The notes beneath the pieces were generated by a model. That model was not told the origin of the DNA and did no database searches. It saw only the letters and a program-made list of their open reading frames with translations. From assembly GCA_028534125.1 (NCBI GenBank), contig CM052818.1, positions 44,394,001 through 44,458,000 of the forward strand: 64,000 nucleotides of DNA, written 5' to 3'. Position 1 is the stretch's first letter. Each line of letters starts with the position of its first letter. A program made the translations under genes and the position numbers. The DNA comes from Lama glama (taxonomy: Eukaryota). Of this stretch, positions 37,640 through 50,969 are shown piece by piece.

Positions 37640-38580
37640 GAGTCCTCGGTCCACTGTCCACTAACAGTGTGAACTTGAACAAGTTACTTCACTTCTCTGG
37701 GTCTCAATTTCTTTATCTGTGAAATTAAAATAATAGTACCCACCTCTTAGGCTTGTTTTAAAGATAAAACTCAACTAAATAATTGTGTGAGATAGAAAGT
37801 AGGGGCCTGTATTATTAAGAAATGAGGAAAATGCCACCCCATAGCCCCGGCTCCAAACAAACTTGATTTGTATGTTTCTATGAGCTTTCTGAGGGCAGAA
37901 TATGAAACTTACTTATCTGATGATCCAACGTGCTTATTAGCATTTCATACAAAAAATATGTATGTTGACTCAAAGCTTTTTTATTACGAGGTAGATGCAT
38001 GGTTGTTCTTCTGCTTATGTATTTGGAAGGAAGACAGTGACACTGATATATATTAGTGTCCCTGTGTGTTAGCTGTTATGCCAGTCACTTTGCAAATGGT
38101 AATGGACTTGGATTGTTCTATCATTTAACCTTTATAACAATTCTATGAAACAGAGTTTTACAGACCAAAAAACCAAAACTCAGAAAGGTTAAGGTCATAT
38201 ACCCAGTTAGTTTAGGATCAAGTTTGGAATCAGGTCTATGTATTTCCAAACGCTGGGTTCCTTCCACTCCCCATTGTTTTCTCACTGTTTCTCACTATCT
38301 TCTCTGCCCATTCATTAATTCAGCTATTTATTCATTCATTGAATCAATCCATCAGTGAATATTTATGAAGCCCTCTCCCATGTGCCAGGCTCTCTTCTAG
38401 ACACTTGCAGTATGAAGACAGATAGTCTCTCCCCTCATGAAGATTACATCCTAGCTGGGAGATGGCAGTAAATAAATACATAGAATTCCGATGGTTGAGC
38501 TATGAAATAAATAAAGAAATGTAATTCAGGGGCAGGAGCCTTCCTGCAGAGGTGACATCTGAGCTGAGACCAGAAAAATG
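37640..38580. mobile_element. MIR (+ 37640-37780), MIR (- 38050-38270), L2 3' end (- 38300-38580)
   Basis: gaacaagttacttcacttctctgggtctcaatttctttatctgtgaaa; aaactcagaaaggttaagg; ttcattcattgaatc...gtgccaggctctcttctagacact. Confidence 0.8.
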
Positions 38581-39279
38581 TCCTCTTAAGCAGTTCCAGA
38601 TGACATATCCTCCTGCCCTTCCATATACCCTCTTTCACAAATAGACCCACGAAGTATTCGAAGCCATCCCCAGGCCTCCCACAGGGAGCAGTTTTCAAAG
38701 CTGGATTTACAGATCGGTAGGAACGGATCCCAGCCCGCCTCCCTGCCAAAGTCCCGTCAGCACTCACAGATGGTTTCCACAGATTACTGCTTTCCTATCT
38801 GTCTGGGCTGCCTCTCCCAAGGGGGCAAACGGTCTACGAGAGGTGGATGATGAGGAAGAATTTTCCAACATCTTTTATGCAGCAACTGGCCCCTGTAGTT
38901 TTCATCCCTGTGGGAACCCTTGGCTTATATTCTTTTATCTTCCTCCACCTCTCTTTTCCGACAGGGAAAAGAACTACCAGTGACAAGGGGTCCACTGTGC
39001 TCCTCCAAGCACTGCACTTTATGTACTTATCTGAAAATGCCTTTAGTTATGAGACTCTGTGTACTGCCTTCTGATGTTTGGTGACACTGTCTTGCATGTG
39101 GTCACAAAGACCATGGTTGGTCTTTCCTCTACAGAAGTATTCATTTGTAAGCAAAGCGTTCGGACCATCACAAATACATTCAGAGGCAGCACTCTCCCTG
39201 CTAAACATGCCACAGACTATTAGGCTGTACAAGAGAACTGCTGGGCTCAAACAAGGAGATGAAAGTTTCTGGTGAAGGA

Positions 39280-39480
39280 AGAACAGCATGTGCTTTGAAG
39301 TCAGACACCTGGATTCTAAACCTACTTCACCACAACAGTGTGATTTTTAAAGAATCAACTTCTCTAAGCCTTATTTCCCCAGCTTAAAAATGAGGTTAAT
39401 GATACCTAGCCAGGTTGCAAATAGTGAAGGGAAAGGATTGGTCTTGGCCTAAGTGTACAGTGTGACAAATGTGTCCCCAA
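39280..39480 (+). mobile_element. MIR fragment
   Basis: gaacagcatgtgctttgaagtcagacacctggattctaaacc...aacttctctaagccttatttcccc. Confidence 0.75.
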
Positions 39481-40070
39481 AACAAGAGTGGCAGATACAG
39501 GTCCCTTGGAAATTTACCATAATCTAACATCTGGCGATGTTTGGTGACAGTAATGACATGATTTTTCAGCCCACCAGATATCCACCCATCTCCCAGGATG
39601 GAATCACATTGACCAAGTTCCATAGACTAGAGAAAAACCAGAATATCAACTTCTCAAATGACGAGGAGGACTAGGATTGTGATACAAACCTCACAGTCTT
39701 TCAGCATGACTAACACTCCCCCACTGAAAAGCACAGGGAAAGCCAAATTATACTCGGGAGGTCGACTGATGAACACGGAATCAGAACAAGGAGAATTAGA
39801 TGAAACACCTGTTTCAAGGCATCAAAACAACATGGCCATGGGGATCAAAATATTCACAGCCCCTTTCCCTGGACAGTGTCCCTGTGGGCGCTGGTGAAGC
39901 TGGACTCCACACCTCTCCACTTCCTAGGGTCCTCTCTGACAGCCTCATTCTTTCCCTTAGAAATGCTAACATGTTCAATTGAATTTTTTCAAACTTTTTT
40001 AGACTCAAGAAACATTTTTCTGTTGGAGATGATTTTACTTTGCCCTGTTCTGACCTCCTGATGTTGATTT

Positions 40071-40111
40071 TATTTTATTTTATTTTTTGTTGAAGTATAG
40101 TTGATTTACGA
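40071..40111 (-). mobile_element. Ultra-short L1 3' end insertion (tail plus about 20 nt)
   Basis: (tattt)n tail then gttgaagtatagttgatttac; flanks atgttgattt 40061-40070 and acattgattt 40112-40121. Confidence 0.75.
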
Positions 40112-40993
40112 ACATTGATTTTTATAATTTAGCTTTCTGGAGGCAATCTTAGTTCTAGCCACAATATTTACCTGTGGGTTTTCTAGGAAGAGTAAAGGAC
40201 ATAGACTTCATATAGCACTTGGAACATAACAGGTATTGAAGAAGCTTTGATGATGACGGCGGTGATGATGGTGGTGGTGGTTCTGTGTATTGGTCACAAT
40301 ACACTTCTGCTCTAAATCAGGGAATATTTCAAAAGGAACAGTAGGAAGTGTAAAGAGTAGGGAAAAGGTAAGTCACATGGTCATTTCTTGATTCCTTCTT
40401 AAATAGCAAATCCCGTCTCTTAACCACGAGACTGGGCACGTGATCTAAGCTGAACTAGCCATTGAACCCCAGCCCAACAGCAACAGAGACTGGCACATAA
40501 ATGAGGCATATGCCCAAACTGGCCAAAGGGTGTCCTTTCCAAGTCCTCGTAAGGACGTTGTGCTATTGTGCTCTGGTGTTTCTGACCTGCTTAGAGCACA
40601 GGAAGAGGCCACATCCCTGTGGGTAGAGGACAGAGCATCCACTGAAGGAAGAGAAAATTCCCATCATCTGGAGATGAGGTAGATCATGGGCAGGAAATAG
40701 AGACTTAGAAAATGGGAGGCTGGAGCCTCCTGCTGTCCCTGGGACTTGTCCTCGAGTCTGCACCCAAGCAGGAGAGAGATGTTCTCAGGGTGCTCCTGGG
40801 TGGGAGTCAAACAGTGGTCGCTGCCGCATCCGATGATCCAGGGACTGACAGATAGACAGAAACAGCCTGGAAAAACCCACGTGGCTGGGCCAGGGTCTGT
40901 GTGTGGTGAGGACAGGCGGATCCGGTGCCCATCTGTGCACTCCCCTGTATCCCAAGCCCTCACCTGTGCTCTGAAGAAAATGGGGAGCACGAA

Positions 40994-41349
40994 CATCTTA
41001 GTCTGCTAAGGCTGCTGTAACAAAGGACCACAGACTGAGTGGCTTATAAACGACAGAAATTCATTTCTCGGAGTTCTGGAGGATGGAGTCCGAGACCAAG
41101 GTGCCAGCGTGGTCAGGTTCCGGTGAGAGCCCGGTTCAGACTTCTCCTTCCCCTCACGTGACAGACAGCAGAGAGCACAAGCCCTCTCCTGACTCTTCTA
41201 AGGCATTAACCCTGTTCAGGAGGGCTCTGCCTCATAATCTCAACTCATCCCAATTACCTCCTAAAGCCCCGCCTCCTGATACCTTCACATCGCGGGGTAG
41301 AGTTTCAACACAAGAATTTTCAGGGAAGACCGACTCTCAGTTCACAACA
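40994..41349 (-). mobile_element. MLT1A-like solo MaLR LTR
   Basis: catcttagtctgctaaggctgctgtaacaaaggaccacagactgagtggcttataaac...aattacctcctaaagccccgcctcctgatacc...tttcaacacaagaatttt...cacaaca. Confidence 0.92.
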
Positions 41350-42129
41350 AAGAGTAAAGAGTAAGCAGCAGCCCCGAGGCAGCCTCGAAGCCTCGGCAGC
41401 CAGGTCTGGTGAGAGGGTCCGAGGGGAAGATGCACCTTCCGGCCAGTGGTGTAAACTCCCAGGGCCTGCCTCCCCCTCCACCCTGACCACCTCCACTCCA
41501 CAACAGATGCAGACACAGGCTCACCCTCCACTGACAACCCCAAAGGACTTGCTGTGATGTTATGAAGCACGTGGCCATGTCTCTTCTCCAGTTGCCTTTG
41601 GTATAAGGGTGCTCAGTACATTTCTGCAGATCGATTTGTGGCTGTGGCTTTCTCTCTGGATAGGAAATTTGAGGGCTGCAGATACGGATGTTTAGCCTGA
41701 GAGCCGACAGAACCTATGAGCCTAGAAATGAATCCTGAAACAATCCCATTACACTGGGAGAGGCAAAGTGCTTCTTTAAGTAAAGAAGGATGTAATAAGG
41801 AGCAAAATTACTTTCCTAAAATGTCCCAAGAGCCCACAATGTGAAAGAAAAATCCCACATGTCCTATGGGGTCCAGAGGAGGAGAATTAGAACTGATAGA
41901 CAGAAGTTATACCAAGATGGATTTTTATCTCAAAGAAAGAAACATGCAGCTCCTTATACCTGATAATGAAGGGCAAAGGGTGACTCCTGTTTTCCCTCCC
42001 AGCTTACCTCTAACTCCTCCAAAAGCTCTCTAAAGAGCACAAACATAATGCTGAGGAGGCTGACTAACACAACTGTGTGGGGAGCAGCGAATGCACCAGC
42101 AATGCTAAGGGTCCCTCCTATCTGTTGTG

Positions 42130-42280
42130 CTGTTATCATGGGCAGGTACCTGCCAAGAGCTTTACAGATCTCTTCTCACTTGATCATCACAAGGACCCTA
42201 AGAAGTAGGTACCATCACTACCCTCATTTAAAGATAAGGAAACAGGCTTAGAAAGGTTAAGTAACTTGCCAAATCTACTT
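42130..42280 (-). mobile_element. MIR fragment
   Basis: ccctcatttaaagataaggaaacaggcttagaaaggttaagtaacttgcc. Confidence 0.85.
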
Positions 42281-42766
42281 TGGTCTTAACTAGCAAACAA
42301 TATTACGTACATTTCTAGGGTTGTTTTCAGTTTATTGAGCCACTTAATGAAACGTTCCATGTTTGCTACAGAGGATCACCAGGCTGCACAAGAGGGTGTT
42401 GTCCTGGGATCCAGCCAACAGGAGTGCTGAGTAATCTCACCCGAGGGCAATGGCAGTCAGGCTCCACAGAGGTCACGCCACCAACCTCCAGCACGTTTCT
42501 GATCAAGTGTTTGTTTTGTTGCTTTGCATACTCATGTCCATGAGAATCTTGAAGAATTGGACTTTTACTTTCAGAAATGAAATGGGAAAAGCAGAGCCAC
42601 GAAGGGGATATATGCCAAGGAGCCCCTGGCAGGCCACTGGAAGCTGCTAAAAGTTGGGTGAAGAGGTGACAAGCAGAAACGTCCAAAGGGATGAGCTGAG
42701 TCCAGATGGCCAGCTAGATTTCTCACAGGAGAGGAACTGGCTGGGGAGAGGCAGAAGTTCTGAAAG

Positions 42767-42812
42767 TTGTTTTTTTGTTGGGTTTTTTTTGCCTTTTTTT
42801 TTTTTTTTTTTG
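42767..42812. repeat. Poly-T tract
   Basis: ttgtttttttgttgggttttttttgcc followed by a long T run. Confidence 0.85.
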
Positions 42813-43419
42813 TCACAACCCTCTAAATAGAGGCAGTTACTCTTCAGGGACTGGATGTCACACACTGTATGCCAAAGTCAAACTCACCTACAGAGAATTC
42901 TGTATCGCCTGCTCACAGAATTTTAGTATCTTCCAAGAGCTTTCAATAAAAAGTTGAAAGGCATTAATTTAGCACACATAATCTACATGTTTGGCTCCTG
43001 CAGTAGCATCTCTCACCCCTTCTACATAAACATACACAGCCACAACGAGTTGCCTGTGGTTCTCAAAATAAAGCTAATGTTTCATGATTTTCTACTCCTG
43101 CCTTTAATGTCCTCCCGCCCTTTTCTTTAACTCTTATTTATTCTTCAAGACTCAGGTGATCTACACATCGTTCTCCCTGGACCTGCCTCTCTTCTTTGCC
43201 TGTGCGGTATAGTGTCCTTCCACATAACCCCAAACATCCCGTATGTATCTGCATCACAACACGTAATTCACAATGAGTTCTGTCAATTGTCTCCCATCAC
43301 CACTCCCATCACTGCTTCCACCACCAACAGACAGAGGAAGTGGAGGGAAAGGATCATATCTTCTTTGATTTTAAACAGGAGTTTAGCACCACAAATGATT
43401 TTAGAATGAAGTGATTTTT

Positions 43420-44450
43420 TTCAGTTCAGTTGCTTATACGTTAAAGTTAATAGGCAAAAAATTCTATATACTACCAATGAACAACTGGAAACAAACAAAC
43501 AAAAATTCACACTAGCTCCCCCCAAATGAAGCCTTTTTGGTATAATCTAATGAGTCATCTACAGCAAGAGCCAGGAAATTTTACATAAAGGGCCAGGTAG
43601 ACTTTAGGCTTTGAGGGCTATTTAATGTCTGTTGCACAGTCCTCTTTGTTTTTGTTTTGTTTTGCCTTGCTTTTGTTTTACAGCCCATTAAAAATGTAAA
43701 AAAAAACAAAAACAAAAACAAAAAACACCTTTCTTAGCTCACTAGTCTTACAAAATAGGCCACAGACCAGATTTGGTTCATGGGTCATAGTTTACTGATC
43801 CTTACAAAATCCTACTGAAAGGCGTCAAAAGCCTAAAAAATGGGGAGACAGTGCATTTGTGAATTAAAAGACTCAATACAGTAAAGATGACAAATTGATC
43901 TGTAGATGTAATATCCATCAAAATCCCAGCAGAACTTTTTTGTAGATACAAACAAGGTGATTCTAAAGTTTATATGAAAAGGCTAAGGAACTAGAAAAGC
44001 TAAAACTATTTTGGAAAAGAAAAAAAATGAAATTAGAAGAATTACACTAATAAGATTAATATTAAGACATTATAAAACTACAATAATCAGGATAGTGTTG
44101 ATATTGAAGAAAGGATAGACATACATTATAGAAGAGACGCACCAATATGTCCACTAGGTTTAGGCAAAGGTGCAAAAAATAATTCAATAGAGAAAGAGTA
44201 GTCTTTTCAACAGATAGTGCTGGAACAACTCGATAATCCATATGCAAAAAAAACAATTAACTTTGACCTAAAGCTCATGCCTTATATAAAACTTAACTAA
44301 AATGTATTAAATATAAAAACAAAAAATTATAAAGCTTTTAGGAGAAACATAATAGAAAATATTTTTGACCATATACCAAGAACACAATCTGTAAAAGAAA
44401 AAATTGACAAATAGGACTTCACCAAAATGAAAACTTTTGTTCTAATGAGT
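43420..44450 (+). mobile_element. Old L1 ORF2 (RT/C-terminal) fragment, interrupted by MER58
   Basis: tctatatactaccaatgaacaactggaaa; aaagactcaatacagtaaagatg...atcaaaatcccagcag...attctaaagtttatatg; gtcttttcaacagatagtgctggaacaactcgataatccatatgcaaaa. Confidence 0.85.
43565..43804 (+). mobile_element. MER58 (MER58C-like) hAT-Charlie MITE
   Basis: aaattttacataaagggccaggtag...ttaggctttgagggc...taaaaatgtaaaa...ttcttagctc...accagatttggttcatgggtcatagtttactgatcc. Confidence 0.8.
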
Positions 44451-47400
44451 TCTTTTTGGCATCATTTCATTGAAATAAAGGGATGTTCATGGAGATTTAA
44501 ATGAGTAGAAGCCAGTGCATTTCTGGGCATTGATATATACTTCTTTGCCTACAGAGAGCCAGACATCCCTTGGGTTGAATAATGGCTGGAACCTGTCTAT
44601 TTTATTCTATTCTAGAGCCACTGTCAGATACCATCATTTCTCTGGCATCGTCTGTGCCAACCCATCATTTTCTTCAAAAAAGGAAAAATCAGAAAGCTGT
44701 GTAGAGGAGAAACATTTACCTAGGAAAACAATAAACTAGCAATTACATTCTTACAATGAAATTTTCAAGTATCATTTCCTCCTGGAAATCGTCCTCCCTG
44801 ACACTCATGTGGGATGTCAATTTAAAATACCACTGCTGCATTTCTCTGTCAGGGCATTTCCTTTGAAGAGTTTTCAAAACCTTGGCCAGGGGCTCTCCCT
44901 CATTCACAATGTATGTTATAAGTAATGAATATCCTTGATATCTTTCCTATGAAGGGGAAGCAGACTCCTTTAAAAGTTTCACAGTAAACTCAGGAAAGAT
45001 GTATGTATTGGTGTATCGTGGCAAGGGTGTATGTATTCAGGGTGGCAAGAGAGACTTAAAAAGGGGATGCACACCTCATAGGTGATTCATCCCTCATTTC
45101 AGATCTCAGCTTCTTTTGTACCATGTCAAGCGCCTTACATTTCAGAGCTTTAATGTACATCTTAAATAGTCAATTTACACAATTCACAGCTTCTCAGCTA
45201 TCACGTGGTCTGGATCCACTCACTGGCACAGCTGCCTCTGCTTTGGGCTCTGCTTGACCTAACTGGCTTCCTTTCAACTATTCTTCCTTCCAACTTGACT
45301 AGAATGAAGAGGAGATAAAAGGGGAGGAAGATGTCCTAGTAGAGGGGTAGTAAGTGAATGGTGGAAAAGAGGGAGGACAAATGACAGTTTTAAAAAGGAG
45401 AGAATCTTTAACCCTAATGTATTTTAATCACACAGTTTGGGAAGTTTTGTCCCTATTCAGCTGTAGGACATCTGCTCTAAAGCAAGGTTTTGTAGCAATG
45501 GTCATGAGGAAATACATAAGGACAAATGCTGTTGCCTTGTAATGAGCTTTTTATGAGTTCTCTCTGGTTGCCAGGTATGTGTGAAACATTCTTTCCTTGG
45601 GTCAGAGATTTTATTACCTTCCCAATGGCCAGGATTTCACTGTAATAACTGATGGAAAACATTTGTACAGTATTTAGAGGGCTGAATACCCAGCTCATAA
45701 CAGCAAGCCACATCTATGGGGAGAAACTGAAGCAGTCTCTCTAGTCCAAATAGCCCGGACCACTCCAGAAGACGGCACTGAAGTAGTAGAATCAGGAAAC
45801 TGGTCGTAGGGAGGCCAACTCAGGACACTGCCACCAAAGACAAAATATCCAAGAGAGAGAGTATCCCAAGATGCACTGGGACCTTCAGCTGTGAGTGGAG
45901 ACAGAGCTTCCTGAATCCTGGGAGAGCCAAAGAATTTGACTTGGTCAAACTTAGGGCGTCATGATTAATCTTATTAATCTTATTTGTCTTAGTCTAGAGC
46001 TACTAACTGCAGTTCGAGGGTGCAATTTATCAGATTTGAAGTTGAGAACAAAAGACCTAGAGGAGCTCTGCCAGACTAGCCCTGAAGAGACAAGAAAGAG
46101 GAAAAGTCAAATACAGCAGGAAGGAAAAGAGAGGACAGGAATAAGCTGCAGCTTATTTAACACGTAGTAAACATCTGCCCAGGTCCTAAAGACCTTACTT
46201 ATGACCTCTCACTGTTGTGGTCAAGACAAGACAGAGTGAATCTTGGTTTCTTGTAATTTCTCTTAGAAGAGGGCCCCTTAGCAACAGAGTGGTTTTAGTT
46301 TTGTTTTTCAGCAGAAGCAGAAACCTTTGTTTAAATGGAACCATCAAGAAATTCACTACATAAAAACAGATAAAAGTATAACTGTGATCCGAGAGGATTT
46401 GAGTTTCCTAAACAAGAGGGCTGACCCAGGCAGGAGCTGGGGTCCCTGTCTCTGTCCACGTTCTTCCCATCACCTCACAATCCTCTCTTTATGGAAACCT
46501 AATAAACGTTTCTGGATTCATGTCTCATCTCTTTAAAAAGCTCATAAGCCTTAAAGGCAAATTTCAAGTCTCATGTACTCCTTTTTACCCCTCACTGAAT
46601 ATCGACAGGGACTGACACACACCCCAAGGCTCTATACGTACCTGCAGGCACACTCTGGGGAATTTTCAATGATGAACTTAGCTGCAGGGCAACTTTAAAG
46701 CTCATAAAGAAGTCACATTACGGAGGGGGGATTATGCTTCTGTGGGGGTAAGCCTTCCTCTTCTAGAGGAGGAAGCAGTGTATCCTGAACAGCCCACGGG
46801 TACAGGCCTCCCGGGTAAGGACACAGTCCCTGCAGTCCTGTCAAACAGGCTTATTCCAAGTGGTGCATCCATGAAGGTACCACCCCAGAGCGGACAGGCA
46901 AGTTTCCAGATAAAGGAAAATAAGTCATGTGTGTGTGAAGCCGGGCAAACAGAAAACTGGAGGATGGGCAAGGATTAGCCAGCCAAGAGGTTCAAGCAGA
47001 CCATGATGCTAATTCTGCTAAGACTGAGGAACACGTTCATTAAAAATTGAAGTATTCTAACTTTGTTGCTGTTGTTAATTATGTAAGCTTGTCTTGGAAG
47101 AGAATGGCCAATGGTTTCTTAACTCCTCATCCTCTTCCTTTACTCCTGTATAACATGATTAGACCACATAGAAGCTTGCGAGACATACAGCTCCCAGTTC
47201 CATCAACACTTACTGTATGTCAGGCACTTTGCTAAGAGAAAGGATACCAATTTCCTTAACAAAAAGAATCAAATAGATGCTCTTTGCCTTCGAAAGTAAG
47301 AAAAACACATCCCAGTCTTCAAGATGCAAACAGTCTTTACAAAAAATGCTCAGTAATTTCAGTCCAGGGGGCAGCACTTAATACACTGGCACCTAATGGA

Positions 47401-47549
47401 TGCTCAATTCATATTTGTTGATGAAAAGAATGAAGGAAGGATACAGGTACCGCCAGGGTGGTGTGAGAGTACACGGGAGGCGAAATGAGCACAGCTAAAG
47501 TAGGAGATGACTGTCAGAAAAATCACTCGGTAAAAACCTAGTGAATGCA

Positions 47550-47760
47550 AAAGAAATTAACATTTGAAAACACTTTGCATTTTACAAAATTCTTTGGCTT
47601 GAAACATCTCCTTTGTACCCACATCACCAAATAAAGAAGGTATAATTCTCCCTCAATTTCCAGATAAGCCAATTAGAGAAGTAAGAAGCTGGCCAAGGTC
47701 ACCCAGTTGGTAAGAGTCAGAGTTGGGACTCAGCCCCATTCTTTCAGCTCTAAAGTTTGT
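47550..47760 (-). mobile_element. MIR fragment
   Basis: caatttccagataagcc...gagaagtaagaagctggccaaggtcacccagttggtaagagtcagagttgggactc. Confidence 0.75.
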
Positions 47761-48649
47761 TTTGCAGAAAGCCATTTTGCTACCTAGAACTTCCAAGTCT
47801 CAGCTCTCTTCTGGAAACCTGACACTGAAGACACACCTCCACTTCCACTACAGTTTTCCAGTTGGCCCCTAAGGAGTCACTTCAACCTCAAAATGGTAAG
47901 GCGAGGAACCTCACTTTCAAAATTTTTGGAGCTACCACGGGTATGATGATTTCTTTTTCTTTCCCTGGCCCCATTCCATAGAAAAATAAATGGTGAAAAG
48001 GAAAATTATATTAGTGGTAAAATGATTACTTTAATAAAATAGGAGACCATGTTCCTTAACAAAAACTCATTAAATGAATGCAAACTGACAAGTCGTAAAC
48101 ACAAGGAAAGTATTTTTAGCAAAACAGTATCATCACACACACAATTTTCAGGTACAGTTTCATCAATTTACCTACATGAGATATTAAACTACTCTTTGCT
48201 GTTCTCTGTGAGCAGTCAGTTCCTGTACTTCCCTGCATGTAAATGAGAAATAATTCAGGCTGTTAATGAGAAATCAACATAAAGGCAGCAGCAAAGCATG
48301 GCGCTGCATTTATGAAGTAGCTGTTTACATTTGTTCAATTATCTGGTTAATTATAGGGTCACAAAATCAGAATGAGCTGGGGAGTTAAAGGGATGGCAGA
48401 GAAAACGCAGTTGATCACCTGCTATTCCTCATCAAATCAAGGTTCACCTGTGCACAACCGCTCCTTCAGTTTGCACCCTATTGCATACCTTGTCAGCTCT
48501 GAGTGAATCTTCCCAACATCCTAAAATCCCCCAAGACCTGATTCCTCCTTTGGGGGTAACAGAATGAGCAATGGACTAGAAAGTGTCGCCAGAAGTCTGA
48601 CTTCACCTTGGGAAAGTCCCCAGGCTAACCTGGCTCTCTTCCTTCTCCA

Positions 48650-49085
48650 GCCCCATGTTGGTCCTCCCTAAGCACCCCATCCACAGTCTTCCAGCCAGAG
48701 ACAGAGCAGTCATCCCAACATGCTTCCCTCTCCCACACCAGAATAGTCCACTGACTACCCTATCCAGCCCATTCCACTGCTTTAACATAGCCAGTCCATC
48801 CCTTCCTCTCCAGATCAGTACCACGGCCAGGTCAGGGCTTACCTCTCACCTGGGCTGCGGACATCACCTAATCAGCCTCCCTGTCTCCACACTCCTCCCC
48901 TGACTCTCATCCTCCCTCTGTGCTGCCCCAGGAACCCTCTACATCACAAACCAGAGCAAGACACTCTCACAGCAGAAAGCCTTTTCTGTTTCCCATCAGC
49001 CTCAGGTAACTCTGTAAATGAGAATTCAAGGTCCTTCACCCCACAGTGTTGACCCACGCAGCTGTGCTCCCAGGACTCCTTGCAT
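48650..49085 (+). mobile_element. LINE-2 fragment
   Basis: cctctcacctgggctgcggacatcacctaatcagcctccctgtctccacactcctcccctgactctcatcctccctctgtgctgcc. Confidence 0.7.
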
Positions 49086-49369
49086 CTGGAAATACACCAT
49101 AAATAACAAAATGACAAGCGCAGTATTACAACAATGTAGTATTTTTGAAGTTGGGCTTTCTTATATTTAATATGTGCCAACAATGAGGTAGGAAAGTTTA
49201 TTTTTCACTGAAAAAAATGTCATTATTAAATTGATGGTGTACTTCAGAGTCAAGGGAATGAAGTATGAAGGGGAAAAATATGAAAAATTTTCCTCCAAAT
49301 ACTAGGGAGTAGGGAGGATATTTTGAAAACAGAAATGTCTCCACAATGTCTTTATTATCATTTTTTCTT

Positions 49370-49600
49370 AAAAAGCATGAATTTGAAGACAGACAGGCCT
49401 GAGTTCTGTACCCATTCTGATACTTTTGGGGCCTTTGATCTTGGGAAAGTTATTTAACTTCCTGAACTTCATCTTCCTCTGTGAATGGGATAAACTACAT
49501 ACTGCAGTGTTATTCAAAGGGTGAAATTATGTAAGGTGAGTTACACACTTAGCACATTCACAAGGGGAAGATCTAATAAATACAACTTATTATAATGAGG
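49370..49600 (+). mobile_element. MIR
   Basis: gacagacaggcctgagttctgtaccc...gatcttgggaaagttatttaacttcctgaacttc...cacttagcaca...ctaataaat. Confidence 0.8.
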
Positions 49601-50969
49601 ATTAATAACACTATTGTCATTTTTTCTCCCACCATAAAAGTAATGCCAAGATATCACACTGCTCTTTTCCTCAGTTGATATTATTTTGTAGCAATTATAG
49701 AAAAAATATATATAGTCGAATGAAACATCAACAGAACTCTGGTTGTTTACAACATAAAAGTGCATTTGTAAAATTTCCATTTTAAAAGAAAATCTATGCC
49801 CTAGCCTATGACCCCCACTCCAAGTAAGCACAGAAATTCCAAATTCACTTTTGTAAGAAAAATGTTTAGATGATCCATTAGAGATGAGTATGATGAGACT
49901 GGCTCTGTATTTAATATTGCTGGCCAACAGAAAGAAGGATGTAATTGTGTTGTTGTATATTAAATTTAATAATAGGATGGACTTTCATCCTTAAAGTCCT
50001 TTATTTGCAATCTGGTGCACGAGTAGCCGCTGAAACTCTTTCCAAGCTTGTCCTATTCCACTTCAATTAATTCAGCAAGCAAGACAGAAGGGGCTGTTTA
50101 AACTATCGCTGGTAGAACAGGGTGTTATTCATACAGTCTATGCAAGAAGTCCTGGAGATGGTGCTGGTAGTCTCTCAGCCAATCATGGCTCTTGTCCAAA
50201 AGATTCTGTCGTTTTAAATTAATCAGCCCATCCCCCCCTCGCACTACTAGGGCCAAAAGCGAGCAGAGGCAGAAGATGGAGTGCATGTCCAGTTGACTGG
50301 ATGTTGCAGGAATGTGACCGCTGCAGTCGAGGTCTGAGCAGTGCCTGATGCTTCACATCCCTGGGACAACGGGCACAAGGACAGAATGAGGGAACTTAAT
50401 TACAGCGTCTTCAAGCAGCTCATGGAGCTGCCCGGGAGGGAGACCTAATGGGTGTCAACACAATTAAGGATCTTCACACACATCTGAAAATAACCGACTG
50501 TGACATAGACTCAATGGCTGTGTTGTCATCTCATCTTCACAGTGATTTGACATACTGGTTATCAACGCAAAATTGAATTAGAGGAAGAGATTGCACGGTA
50601 ATTTCCCAGCCTGGCTCTCCAATTTCTCTGTTAGCCAAGGCAGAGCAAGCCCCATTCTGGCTGCCCAGCCACCCCACATTCCACCCCAGCCCAGGCTCCT
50701 GCCTCAAAAACAGACAAAGCAGGGATGGTTTCACATCAGCTCCTTGGCTGCCAAAACTCTGGATGCTTAGAAGAAATGCAGGAGCTGCTAACAATGCTGT
50801 GCTTATCCTGAGCACACCTGAAGGAGCTGTGCTCCCAGGACTCCTTGGGTCTGCCCTCTCAACCCAGCCTTATTCTCTTAATCCCTTAGTGACATCCTCT
50901 CCTAGCTACGTGGCCTTGGCAACCCACCTCTCCTAAATCTCAATCTCTTCATCTCTAATATGGGGTTAG

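Noticed and set aside
46285..46400. Possible DNA-transposon relic
   Set aside because: It resembles an old hAT MITE, but I could not define termini or a family.
47360..47380. CTCF-like agtccagggggcagca
   Set aside because: The 5' part of the motif mismatches and it lies among L2 relics; not supportable without ChIP or conservation data.
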